Shown here one piece after another: positions 7,540 to 16,559 of a stretch of DNA of 24,313 bases (position 1 is its first letter; each line of letters starts with the position of its first letter). Both the position numbers and the translations under genes were made by a program. Under the pieces are notes generated by a model. That model was given only the letters and a program-made list of their open reading frames with translations, did no database searches and was not told where the DNA came from. The stretch spans positions 1 to 24,313 of the IMG/VR virus record IMGVR_UViG_3300020355_000012; one strand, written 5' to 3'. Origin of the DNA: a virus (Duplodnaviria > Caudoviricetes).

Positions 7540-9763
7540 TTTATATCAAGTTTTAAGTAATTACATACCAAAAGGCGTAATAACTACCAAAAATTCTGGA
7601 CGGACATGGGTATATGGATATAATAAAAAATATGATGTAGTTATTATTTCAAAAGACGGAACGCTAGGCGAAATAATAAATATAAATGGTCTAGTTATAG
7701 GTTTACCCAAACAACCAGACAAAATATACAGTAGATCCAAAACAAAATCGCAACAATATTGGGAGCGAGCTCCTCTACATAAAAGTTTGTCTAAAATTCA
7801 ATCTATATTTCAATGGAACGAAATGAACTCAGTGTTTAAAAACAAATGGATTGACTACATAGAAAAAGAGTTTGATAGAAGAGAAGAAGGGTATTGGTTT
7901 AATAATAACGGTATACCTACATACATTACAGGATCTCACTATATGTATTTACAATGGACTAGTATTGATGTAGGCTATCCAGACTTTAGAGAAGCTAACC
8001 GTATATTTTTTATGTTTTGGGAAGCATGCAAAGCCGATAATAGATGCTTTGGGTTGGATTATTTAAAGATAAGACGATCAGGGTTTTCTTATATGGGCTC
8101 CTCTGAGTGCATCAACACTGGAACATTAGCCAAGGACTCTAGAGTTGGTATACTATCTAAAACCGGAGCTGATGCAAAAAAGATGTTTACTGATAAAGTA
8201 GTACCTATATCTAGTAGGCTTCCGTTTTTTTTCAAGCCGATACAGGATGGTATGGACAAACCTAAAACAGAGCTAGCATTTCGTATACCGGCAAGTAAAA
8301 TAACCAAAAAAAATATGTACGACATTGTAGATGAAGAGTTGTATGGATTAGACACAACAATAGATTGGAAGAATACTGATGAAAACTCTTACGATGGTGA
8401 AAAGCTATTACTTCTAGTACATGATGAAAGTGGTAAATGGATTAAACCAAATAACATATTAAACAATTGGCGTGTAACTAAAACTTGTTTGAGGCTTGGA
8501 AGCAAGATAATTGGAAAATGTATGATGGGATCTACATCAAATGCTTTGAGTAAGGGGGGAGAAAACTTCAAGAAACTATACGAAGATTCTAACTTATCTA
8601 CAAGAAATGCAAACGGTCAGACAAAAAGCGGAATGTATAGTCTATTTATTCCTATGGAATGGAATATGGAAGGATTTATAGATCGTTACGGGATGCCTGT
8701 TTTATATACACCAATAGAACCAGTTCTGGGTGTGGATAATGAATATATATACAATGGAGCTATAGACTATTGGGAGGCTGAGGTGGATTCGTTAAAAAAA
8801 GATCCAGATGCTTTAAATGAGTTTTATAGACAGTTTCCTCGAACTGAAAGCCATGCGTTTAGAGATGAAAGCAAGGGTAGTCTATTTAACTTGACAAAGA
8901 TATATCAACAAATAGATTATAATGATTCGTTAATAATGAACCAGCACGTAACAACAGGTAAGTTTTATTGGAAGGATGGTGTAAAAGATACCGAGGTTAT
9001 ATGGACACCAGACCCACAGGGAAGATTTAGGGTATCATGGACTCCAAACAAACAGTTAGCTAATAAAACACAAAATAGAAACGGTGTATATTATCCTGTT
9101 AATGAGCACATTGGAGCTTTTGGTTGTGATAGTTACGATATATCTGGAACAGTAGGCGGAAGAGGATCAAACGGGGCATTACATGGTTTAACAAAATACA
9201 ATATGGATCACGCTCCAAGCAATGAATTTTTTTTAGAATACGTAGCTCGCCCACAAACAGCGGAGATATTTTTTGAGGAGGTGTTAATGGCATGTGTGTT
9301 TTATAGTATGCCTATTTTAATAGAGAATAATAAACCACGTTTACTGTATCATTTTAAAAATAGAGGTTATAGAGGATTCTGTATGAATAGACCTGATAGG
9401 CATTATAATAAATTATCTAAGACTGAAAAAGAAATAGGCGGTATACCTAATACTTCAGAAGATGTCAAGCAGTCTCATGCATCTGCGATAGAGTCATATA
9501 TAGAAAAATATATAGGAGTAGATTTAGAAGGTACATATAGAGAACAAACATCGATGGGATCTATGTTATTTACTAGAACTCTGGAGGAATGGGCAAGGTT
9601 TGATATAAGTAACCGTACTCAATTTGACGCCACCATCAGCTCAGGGCTAGCAATTATGGCAAATCAAAAATCACTATATTTACCTATTCAAAAACAATCA
9701 AAAATAAGTCTTAACTTTGCAAGATATAGTAACACAGGAAATTTCAGTGAATTAGTTAAATGA
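7517..9763 (+). CDS. terL: Terminase large subunit (crAss-like type)
   Basis: 748 aa. Degenerate Walker A LKIRRSGFS, Walker B LLVHDESGKW, motif GSTSN, and C-terminal nuclease motifs FGCDSYD, ILIENNK and FDATISSG. TTG start. Confidence 0.9.
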   Translation: MQKEDQNSLYQVLSNYIPKGVITTKNSGRTWVYGYNKKYDVVIISKDGTLGEIININGLVIGLPKQPDKIYSRSKTKSQQYWERAPLHKSLSKIQSIFQWNEMNSVFKNKWIDYIEKEFDRREEGYWFNNNGIPTYITGSHYMYLQWTSIDVGYPDFREANRIFFMFWEACKADNRCFGLDYLKIRRSGFSYMGSSECINTGTLAKDSRVGILSKTGADAKKMFTDKVVPISSRLPFFFKPIQDGMDKPKTELAFRIPASKITKKNMYDIVDEELYGLDTTIDWKNTDENSYDGEKLLLLVHDESGKWIKPNNILNNWRVTKTCLRLGSKIIGKCMMGSTSNALSKGGENFKKLYEDSNLSTRNANGQTKSGMYSLFIPMEWNMEGFIDRYGMPVLYTPIEPVLGVDNEYIYNGAIDYWEAEVDSLKKDPDALNEFYRQFPRTESHAFRDESKGSLFNLTKIYQQIDYNDSLIMNQHVTTGKFYWKDGVKDTEVIWTPDPQGRFRVSWTPNKQLANKTQNRNGVYYPVNEHIGAFGCDSYDISGTVGGRGSNGALHGLTKYNMDHAPSNEFFLEYVARPQTAEIFFEEVLMACVFYSMPILIENNKPRLLYHFKNRGYRGFCMNRPDRHYNKLSKTEKEIGGIPNTSEDVKQSHASAIESYIEKYIGVDLEGTYREQTSMGSMLFTRTLEEWARFDISNRTQFDATISSGLAIMANQKSLYLPIQKQSKISLNFARYSNTGNFSELVK
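9712..9719 (+). promoter_or_regulatory. Candidate Bacteroidota -7 promoter element upstream of the portal gene
   Basis: TAACTTTG, an exact TAnnTTTG match, 40 nt before the portal ATG and inside the 3' end of terL. Confidence 0.4.
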
Positions 9764-12195
9764 GAGAAGTTAGTATAAATATTGCATCTGTTGGATTTCC
9801 TAATCAATATGCATCAGATGCTGAAAAAGAAACAGAAGAATACGGACTTCAAATAGGACAAGCTATTCAATATGAATGGTTTCGAAAAGATTCAAATGGT
9901 TGCCGTTACTATACACAGTGGAGAGATTTTAATCGACTACGCTTATATGCAAGAGGAGAACAGTCAATTGCTAAATATAAAAACGAATTAGCTGTTGATG
10001 GCGATCTTTCGTATTTAAACCTAGATTGGACTCCAGTTCCAATCTTGCCTAAATTTGTTGATATTGTGGTTAATGGGCTTTCTGAGCGTATATTCAAAGT
10101 AAAAGCATACGCTCAGGATGCTTTATCTCAAGCCAAAAGAAGCAAGTATCAAGATATGGTCGAGGGACAAATGGCGGCAAAACAGATACTGACTACTGTT
10201 AAAGAAAAAACTGGATATGATCCTTTTATAGTTGATCCGGATGAACTTCCGGCAACAGATGAGGAGCTTTCATTATACATGAATCTTAATTACAAGCCAG
10301 CGATAGAGATAGCTGAAGAAGAAGCTATTGACACTATGTTTGCTGAAAATCATTATGAAGATATAAGAAAACGTATTGACTATGATCAGATGGTTGTAGG
10401 TGTAGGTATGGCTAAACATGAGTTTCTTCCTGGCTCAGGGGTAAAATTATCTTACGTAGACCCTGCAAATGTTGTTTATAGTTACACAGAAGATCCTTTT
10501 TTCAAGGATTGTTTTTATTGGGGTGAAATTAAAACTGTAGGTATCACGGAGCTTATGAAAATAGATCCTACTTTAACTAACGATGATTTAGAAAAAATAG
10601 CTCAGTACAGTCAAAGTTGGTATGATTATTTTAATACAGCCCAATACTATGAAAACGATATTTTTTACAGAGATACTTGTACTTTGTTATACTTTAACTA
10701 TAAGACAACTAAAAAAATAGTTTACAAAAAAAAGAAACTTGAAGGCGGTGGAAGCAGAATGATTGAAAAGGACGATAGTTTTAATCCGCCTGATGAAATG
10801 GTCGAGGAAGGTAATTTCGAAAAAATAGAAAAAACTATTGATGTTTGGTATGATGGTATTATGGTCATGGGTACAAACATTATACTCAAATGGGAACTAG
10901 CCAAAAATATGGTCCGTCCCAAGTCCGCTACACAGCACGCTTTACCTAATTACGTGGCGGTAGCACCTAGAATGTACAAAGGAAATATTGAATCCCTGGT
11001 AAGACGAATGATACCTTTTGCTGATTTAATTCAGATAACACATTTAAAGTTACAACAAGTTATTGCTAGAACAGTTCCTGACGGTGTATATATTGACGCA
11101 GATGGTTTAAATGAAGTAGACTTAGGCACAGGAGCAGCGTATAATCCAGAAGATGCACTTCGTTTATATTTTCAAACTGGTAGTGTGGTAGGTAGAAGCT
11201 ATACTCAAGAAGGTGATTTCAATCAAGCTAGAACACCAATACAGCAATTAACATCTAATTCAGGTGCATCTAAAACACAAATGCTGATAGCTAATTACAA
11301 TCATTATTTAGATATGATAAGAGCTGTAACTGGTTTAAATGAAGCTCGAGATGGTTCAACACCAAACCCTGAAGCTTTAGTTGGAGTACAGAAACTAGCT
11401 GCGCTTAATTCTAACACAGCAACTCGTCATATATTAGATGGTGGATTATACATTTACAGGTCTCTAGCTGAAGCTCTAACTTATCGTATTGCAGATATAT
11501 TAGAATATTCAGACTTCAAAGATGATTTTATAAACAAAATAGGGAAGTATAATGTTAGTATACTACAAGAAATATCAGAGTTATATATATATGACTTTGG
11601 TGTATTTATTGAGCTTTCCCCGGACGAAGAGCAAAAAGCTATGCTAGAGCAAAACATTCAAATGGCTTTATCAAAACAAGATATTAATTTAGAGGATGCT
11701 ATAGATATAAGGGAAATCAAAAATTTAAAATTAGCCAATCAGTTATTAAAAGTAAAAAGAAAAGCGAAGCAAGAGCAAGATCAGCAAAATGAAATGCAAA
11801 AGCAAGCTATGACTGCTCAGCAACAGCTTAAGTCTCAAGAGATGGCTGCTCAATTGGCTATTCAAAAAATCAATATGGAAGCTGAAAGTAAGATGAAAGT
11901 CAAGCAAGCTGAAATAGCTTTTGAAATAGAAAAACAAAAAAGTGAAGCTCAACTTAAATCACAGCTTATGCGTCAAGAGTTCGCTTACAATCAACAACTG
12001 AGAAATGTTTCTGAAAATGCATTAGCTTTTAGAGAAGGAGCACGTGAAGAGGCTAAAAGTAAAAGAATAAGTCAGCAAAATTCTCAACAGTCACAGCTTA
12101 TTAACCAAAGAAAAAACAATCTACCTCCAAAAAACTTTGAATCTAATGAAGATTCACTAGATGGTTTTGATCTCGCTGAGTTTGAACCACGCTAA
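9760..12195 (+). CDS. Portal protein
   Basis: 811 aa, directly after terL. Contains LDWTPVPILPKFVDIVVNG and TGLNEARDGS, and a long Gln/Lys/Glu coiled-coil C-terminal barrel as in podovirus and crAss-like portals. Confidence 0.85.
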   Translation: MREVSINIASVGFPNQYASDAEKETEEYGLQIGQAIQYEWFRKDSNGCRYYTQWRDFNRLRLYARGEQSIAKYKNELAVDGDLSYLNLDWTPVPILPKFVDIVVNGLSERIFKVKAYAQDALSQAKRSKYQDMVEGQMAAKQILTTVKEKTGYDPFIVDPDELPATDEELSLYMNLNYKPAIEIAEEEAIDTMFAENHYEDIRKRIDYDQMVVGVGMAKHEFLPGSGVKLSYVDPANVVYSYTEDPFFKDCFYWGEIKTVGITELMKIDPTLTNDDLEKIAQYSQSWYDYFNTAQYYENDIFYRDTCTLLYFNYKTTKKIVYKKKKLEGGGSRMIEKDDSFNPPDEMVEEGNFEKIEKTIDVWYDGIMVMGTNIILKWELAKNMVRPKSATQHALPNYVAVAPRMYKGNIESLVRRMIPFADLIQITHLKLQQVIARTVPDGVYIDADGLNEVDLGTGAAYNPEDALRLYFQTGSVVGRSYTQEGDFNQARTPIQQLTSNSGASKTQMLIANYNHYLDMIRAVTGLNEARDGSTPNPEALVGVQKLAALNSNTATRHILDGGLYIYRSLAEALTYRIADILEYSDFKDDFINKIGKYNVSILQEISELYIYDFGVFIELSPDEEQKAMLEQNIQMALSKQDINLEDAIDIREIKNLKLANQLLKVKRKAKQEQDQQNEMQKQAMTAQQQLKSQEMAAQLAIQKINMEAESKMKVKQAEIAFEIEKQKSEAQLKSQLMRQEFAYNQQLRNVSENALAFREGAREEAKSKRISQQNSQQSQLINQRKNNLPPKNFESNEDSLDGFDLAEFEPR

Positions 12196-12215
12196 AAACG
12201 TATATTTTTTTTATT

Positions 12216-12246
12216 TAACTTTGTATAAATTTAATCTAATCAAATG
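12216..12246 (+). promoter_or_regulatory. Bacteroidota-type -7 promoter (TAACTTTG) plus conserved leader, driving the scaffold/capsid genes
   Basis: Intergenic exact TAnnTTTG at 12216-12223, followed by TATAAATTTAATCTAATCAAATG. No Shine-Dalgarno sequence. Confidence 0.7.
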
Positions 12247-13431
12247 GAAATTAAAGTAAGAGAGCTCACAGAGGTCAAAGAAAAGTCGAAACAAGAAGTT
12301 GAACAAGAACTTTTAGACAAACATGAGCAACAACATAAGAACGAAAACCTTGATAATAAGCCAGAAGTATCTGGTAAACAAGAGGAAATAAAGTTTGAAG
12401 AAAATAATGTAGCTGAAGCTACAGAAGAAAAAAATACGGTTGAAGAGAATGCACCTGTAGACAATAAAATAGAGGAGCAAACAACCGAAGAAGTACAAAG
12501 CTCTTCTGAAATATCAGAAGAAGATGTTCTTTCATATATTGGAAATAGATGGGGACAAGAGGTTAACTCTTTGGAGGAGCTCAAAGCTAAACGTGAAGAG
12601 CAAGAGCCTTTAGCCGAGGATGTAGCAGCTTACCTCAAATATAAAAAAGAAACAGGGCGCTCTATGAGTGATTATCTTAAATTACAAAAGGATTATTCTG
12701 ATGTGAGCCCTGACAATTTGCTTAGAGAATATCTAACAATAACTGAAGAGGGTTTAGATCCCGAAGACATAAGCGACCTGATGGAAGAGTATGTATATGA
12801 CGAAGATTCTGACGAACCTGCAGTTATTAAAAAGATTAAACTAGCAAAGAAAAAAATGGTTGCTAAAGCCAAAAAGTTTTTCTATCAAGAGCAACAAAAA
12901 TACAAACTACCTCTTGAGTCAAGGGAAAGTTCAGGCGCAAATGATAAAGACTATCAAGCTTATAAGCAATACATTAATGAGGCTAAATCTAGAGAAGAAG
13001 AAAATTCTAGAAAGTCGGAGTGGTTTAGATCACAAAGCGACAAACTATTTTCTCCTGAGTTTAAAGGTTTTAAATTCACCATAGGCGAAAATAATTTTAC
13101 TTATTCTCCAGGTACGGCAGCTGAACTAAGAAAATCTCAAGAGACTCCAATTAATTTTATTAGTAAATATTTGGATGAAAGAGGAATGCTTAAAGATGCT
13201 GAGGGGTATCACAGATCTCTAGCCATAGCCATGAATCCTGAAAAATTTGCTACGTTCTTTTATGAGCAAGGCAAATCTTTTGCGACAGAGGATGTAATGC
13301 GTAAAACAAAAAATGTCGAAATGACTGAACGTAGTGCACCCGAAGTATCAACAAAAGGAGGGCTTCAGGTTAAATCAGTATCACAGCCTTCAAGCCGTGG
13401 TCTGAGAATTAAGAGTATTAAAAAAATGTAA
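12244..13431 (+). CDS. Probable capsid scaffolding/assembly protein
   Basis: 395 aa, very Glu/Lys-rich with a low-complexity acidic N-terminus. Lies between the portal and capsid genes. Confidence 0.65.
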   Translation: MEIKVRELTEVKEKSKQEVEQELLDKHEQQHKNENLDNKPEVSGKQEEIKFEENNVAEATEEKNTVEENAPVDNKIEEQTTEEVQSSSEISEEDVLSYIGNRWGQEVNSLEELKAKREEQEPLAEDVAAYLKYKKETGRSMSDYLKLQKDYSDVSPDNLLREYLTITEEGLDPEDISDLMEEYVYDEDSDEPAVIKKIKLAKKKMVAKAKKFFYQEQQKYKLPLESRESSGANDKDYQAYKQYINEAKSREEENSRKSEWFRSQSDKLFSPEFKGFKFTIGENNFTYSPGTAAELRKSQETPINFISKYLDERGMLKDAEGYHRSLAIAMNPEKFATFFYEQGKSFATEDVMRKTKNVEMTERSAPEVSTKGGLQVKSVSQPSSRGLRIKSIKKM

Positions 13432-13450
13432 AATTTAAAAATTAAAAATT

Positions 13451-14905
13451 ATGCCTGGACAAGTAAAAACGATTCCAACATTTGCGTTGACACCGAGTTC
13501 TGAGAGAACTCCGACAACGGAAAACTACATAACTAATTTTGACTTTTTGAATCAGTATCTACCTGATACTTATGAAAAAGAGTTTGAGCGTTATGGTAAT
13601 AGAACAATTTCTTCCTTCCTACGTATGGTAGGAGCGGAAATGCCAACCAATTCTGACCTTATCAAATGGGCAGAGCAAGGTAGGTTACATACTAAATACA
13701 CACAAGTAGGTTCAACAGGATCTGCAACAGATGATCAAGTACAATTTCAAGTCAATGATACGCTTGACCCCACATCTGCAGAACAAGTTATCAGAGTAGG
13801 ACAAACAGTAATGATTGTTCAAAATGACGGATCTGGTTCTAACAAAGCAGTTGTAAGTGCTGTGGACAATACTACGGCACCTGGTAAATTCACAGCTGAT
13901 TTTTATGAAGCAGGTGGTCTTGTTACTAACGGAACAGGAGCTGGTAACGCTGATGTTACTGTATTTATTTACGGATCAGAATTCAGAAAAGGAACAGCAG
14001 GAATGGTTGGTTCTCTTGAAGCTAATGACTTCATTTTTGAAAACAAGCCTATTATCATCAAAGATACGTACAATGTATCTGGATCAGATATGGCTCAAAT
14101 CGGATGGGTAGAAATTACTACTGAAGATGGAGCAACAGGGTACCTATGGTATCTAAAATCTGAGCATGAAACAAGACTTAGATTCGATGACTATTTAGAA
14201 ACAGCAATGATTGAAGCTGTACCTGCTGAACAAAATTCAGGAGCAGCAGCAATTCTAGGTAGCTCAGGTGCAGCAGCAAATCCTGGTGCTGGGTCAGATG
14301 GTATATTCTATAGTGTCTCTACTAGAGGTAATATATGGGATGGTGGTAATCCAACTACATTAGCAGATTTCGATAATGTTATTAGTAGATTAGATAAGCA
14401 AGGAGCAATTGATGAAAACGTAATATTCGTTGACAGACAATTTTCTTTTGATATTGACGATATGCTAGCAGCACAAAACTCTTATGGTACGGGTGGTACT
14501 TCCTACGGATTGTTTGACAATGACGAGGAAATGGCGCTGAATTTAGGTTTCACTGGATTTAGAAGAGGTTATGACTTTTACAAATCAGATTGGAAATATC
14601 TAAATGATCCCACAATGAGAGGTGGTTTACCAACTGGTGCTGGATCTGGACGTATAAACGGTCTATTAGTGCCTGCGGGCTCTACTAGTGTTTACGATCA
14701 AATACTTGGTAAAAACGCTAAAAGACCTTTCTTACATGTTAGATACAGAGCTTCAGAAACTGAAGACAGACGTTATAAAACTTGGATTACTGGTTCAGCT
14801 GGTGGTGCAAGAACAACAGACGTAGATAACATGCAAGTAAACTTCTTGTCTGAAAGAGCTGTTTGTACTATGGGTGCAAATAACTTTTTCTTATTTCAAG
14901 AATAG
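13451..14905 (+). CDS. Major capsid protein
   Basis: 484 aa, after the portal and scaffold genes and followed by a strong terminator. Motifs include IKWAEQGRLH, PIIIKDTYNVSGSD, GFTGFRRGYDFYK and FLSERAVCTMGANNF. Size is typical of crAss-like HK97-fold capsids with an insertion domain. Confidence 0.85.
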   Translation: MPGQVKTIPTFALTPSSERTPTTENYITNFDFLNQYLPDTYEKEFERYGNRTISSFLRMVGAEMPTNSDLIKWAEQGRLHTKYTQVGSTGSATDDQVQFQVNDTLDPTSAEQVIRVGQTVMIVQNDGSGSNKAVVSAVDNTTAPGKFTADFYEAGGLVTNGTGAGNADVTVFIYGSEFRKGTAGMVGSLEANDFIFENKPIIIKDTYNVSGSDMAQIGWVEITTEDGATGYLWYLKSEHETRLRFDDYLETAMIEAVPAEQNSGAAAILGSSGAAANPGAGSDGIFYSVSTRGNIWDGGNPTTLADFDNVISRLDKQGAIDENVIFVDRQFSFDIDDMLAAQNSYGTGGTSYGLFDNDEEMALNLGFTGFRRGYDFYKSDWKYLNDPTMRGGLPTGAGSGRINGLLVPAGSTSVYDQILGKNAKRPFLHVRYRASETEDRRYKTWITGSAGGARTTDVDNMQVNFLSERAVCTMGANNFFLFQE

Positions 14906-14921
14906 TTAATAATTCTGTTTT

Positions 14922-14946
14922 GGGGGGTAGCAATACCCCCTTTTTT
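14922..14946 (+). terminator. Rho-independent terminator after the capsid gene
   Basis: Perfect 7-bp stem GGGGGTA-GCAA-TACCCCC with a GNRA loop, followed by TTTTTT. Confidence 0.9.
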
Positions 14947-14969
14947 AAAATCTAATTAAATTTAATCTA

Positions 14970-15722
14970 ATGAAAACAAAACCAAAATACGTTACTAAAA
15001 CGTACAAACTAACTAGAGAAAATCCTGGGCTATCACTTATATTAGCCTCAAGACACACACAAAGGTACCCTTTACTATATTTTGACGAAAAGACAGGAAC
15101 TAATCGGTCTTTAAGATATGCAAGAAATCAAAATTCTCCATTCATGGAAGAGCAAGATGGTAATGCAATTTTAGAACCCATAGTTTTTGAAAACGGTTTT
15201 CTGACAGTAAAAAAAGAAAATCAAGTTCTGCAAAAGTTTCTAGAATTACATCCTGGTAATGGAAGAACATTTGTTGAAATAGACAAAAAGAAGGATGCTC
15301 AAGATAAAATTAATATCTTAAATGAAGAGGTTGATGCGCTTATTGAAGCAAGACAATTGTCAATAGATCAAGTTGTAAACATGTCACGTGTGCTTTTTAA
15401 CAAAAATGTAAGCACCATGACAACGGCAGAGCTAAAAAGAGATTTGCTTGTTTTTGCAAAAAACAATCCAAAAGACTTTTTACTAATATTAAAAGACCCA
15501 ATGTTACAACTAAATGCGACCGTACAAGGTTTTTTTGACAACGGTTTTTTAAACTTAAGAAATAATGACAAAGAGATATGGTTTAATACACCGTCCAATA
15601 AAAAGAAAATGACTAACATTCCTTTTGGTGAGGATCCTTTGCATATGGCTGTATCATTTTTTCAATCTGACGAAGGTGTTGACCTTTTAAAGCATCTAAA
15701 AAAATTATCAGAAAATTTGTAA
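14970..15722 (+). CDS. Hypothetical protein of the head/tail module (250 aa)
   Basis: Long ORF with the conserved leader TAAATTTAATCTAATG; motifs LRYARNQNSPF and LQKFLELHP. Function not recognised. Confidence 0.75.
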   Translation: MKTKPKYVTKTYKLTRENPGLSLILASRHTQRYPLLYFDEKTGTNRSLRYARNQNSPFMEEQDGNAILEPIVFENGFLTVKKENQVLQKFLELHPGNGRTFVEIDKKKDAQDKINILNEEVDALIEARQLSIDQVVNMSRVLFNKNVSTMTTAELKRDLLVFAKNNPKDFLLILKDPMLQLNATVQGFFDNGFLNLRNNDKEIWFNTPSNKKKMTNIPFGEDPLHMAVSFFQSDEGVDLLKHLKKLSENL

Positions 15723-15770
15723 CTTAGTATCTCATAACATACTTTTTTCATTTATTTCAAAAGGTTTGAT

Positions 15771-15802
15771 AGGCACCCTTTTTTAGGGTGTCTTTTTTTT
15801 TT
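15771..15802 (+). terminator. Rho-independent terminator
   Basis: Stem GGCACCCT-TTTTT-AGGGTGTC (8 bp including one G-U pair) followed by ten T residues. Confidence 0.85.
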
Positions 15803-15805
15803 ACT

Positions 15806-15813
15806 TATCTTTG
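15806..15813 (+). promoter_or_regulatory. Bacteroidota-type -7 promoter for the tail operon
   Basis: TATCTTTG, an exact TAnnTTTG match, immediately after the terminator and 14 nt before the ATG at 15828. Confidence 0.65.
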
Positions 15814-15827
15814 ATAAAACATTTGTA

Positions 15828-16559
15828 ATGATAAATTCAGTCAGAAATACTGTACTTGCTATATTAAACAAAAACAATTACGGTTATATATCTCCATCAG
15901 ACTTTAATTTATTTGCAAAACAAGCGCAGTTAGATATATTTGATGATTATTTTTATCAATACAATCAACTTATAAATCAAGAAAACGCTAGGCTTGTTGG
16001 CACTGGATACGCAGATATAAGAAAAGGTTATGAAGAGGTTATTGATTTATTTTCCGAAACAAAGACTCTTACACAGAGTAGTTTAAACCAATACTTTTTA
16101 CCTTCATTAAGCACTACTGGAGATGATTACTATTTAATTAATAAAGTTTTGTGTTTTAGTGGAGGCGTTTTTCAAGGAGAAGCTGAAAAGGTATCTAATA
16201 GTCAAATAACTTTATTAACTAATTCGCATTTAACAAGTCCTTCGTTAGGGTTTCCAGCATATAGTTTGCAAGCAAATGTTATGACGGTATTTCCTGCACA
16301 GTACAATGGGGCAAACGACATACAAGCACAGTATATCAGATATCCAAAAGCACCGAATTGGACATACATTAATGTAAGTGATGGTTCACCGGCTTTTAAT
16401 CAAAGTGCGGCAGACTTTCAAGATTTTGAATTATCTCCAGATGACGAGACTTCTCTTGTATTTAAGATACTGCAGTATGCAGGAATGTCTATACGAGAAA
16501 TACAAGCGGCACAATTTGGAGCAGAACAAGAACAAATAGAAGAACAAACTGAAAACTAA
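15828..16559 (+). CDS. Head-tail adaptor / tail ring (tubular) protein
   Basis: 243 aa. Contains NKNNYGYISPSDFNLFAKQAQLDIF, YIRYPKAPNW and DFEL. Position and motifs resemble crAss-like ring proteins (P22 gp4 / T7 gp11-like). Confidence 0.65.
   Translation: MINSVRNTVLAILNKNNYGYISPSDFNLFAKQAQLDIFDDYFYQYNQLINQENARLVGTGYADIRKGYEEVIDLFSETKTLTQSSLNQYFLPSLSTTGDDYYLINKVLCFSGGVFQGEAEKVSNSQITLLTNSHLTSPSLGFPAYSLQANVMTVFPAQYNGANDIQAQYIRYPKAPNWTYINVSDGSPAFNQSAADFQDFELSPDDETSLVFKILQYAGMSIREIQAAQFGAEQEQIEEQTEN

Noticed and set aside
12860-14111. Alternative-frame + strand ORFs 12860-13084 and 13857-14111
   Set aside because: Nested out of frame within the scaffold and capsid genes, with no motif or leader support.
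7517-14905. Introns, inteins or homing endonucleases in terL, portal or capsid genes
   Set aside because: The ORFs are uninterrupted and of expected size, and I saw no intein splice motifs or LAGLIDADG/HNH motifs.
15662-15751. Minus-strand 29-aa ORF MKKVCYEILSYKFSDNFFRCFKRSTPSSD
   Set aside because: Short, overlaps the 250-aa gene in antisense and has no evident promoter. The sequence is considered instead as a possible antisense seed.
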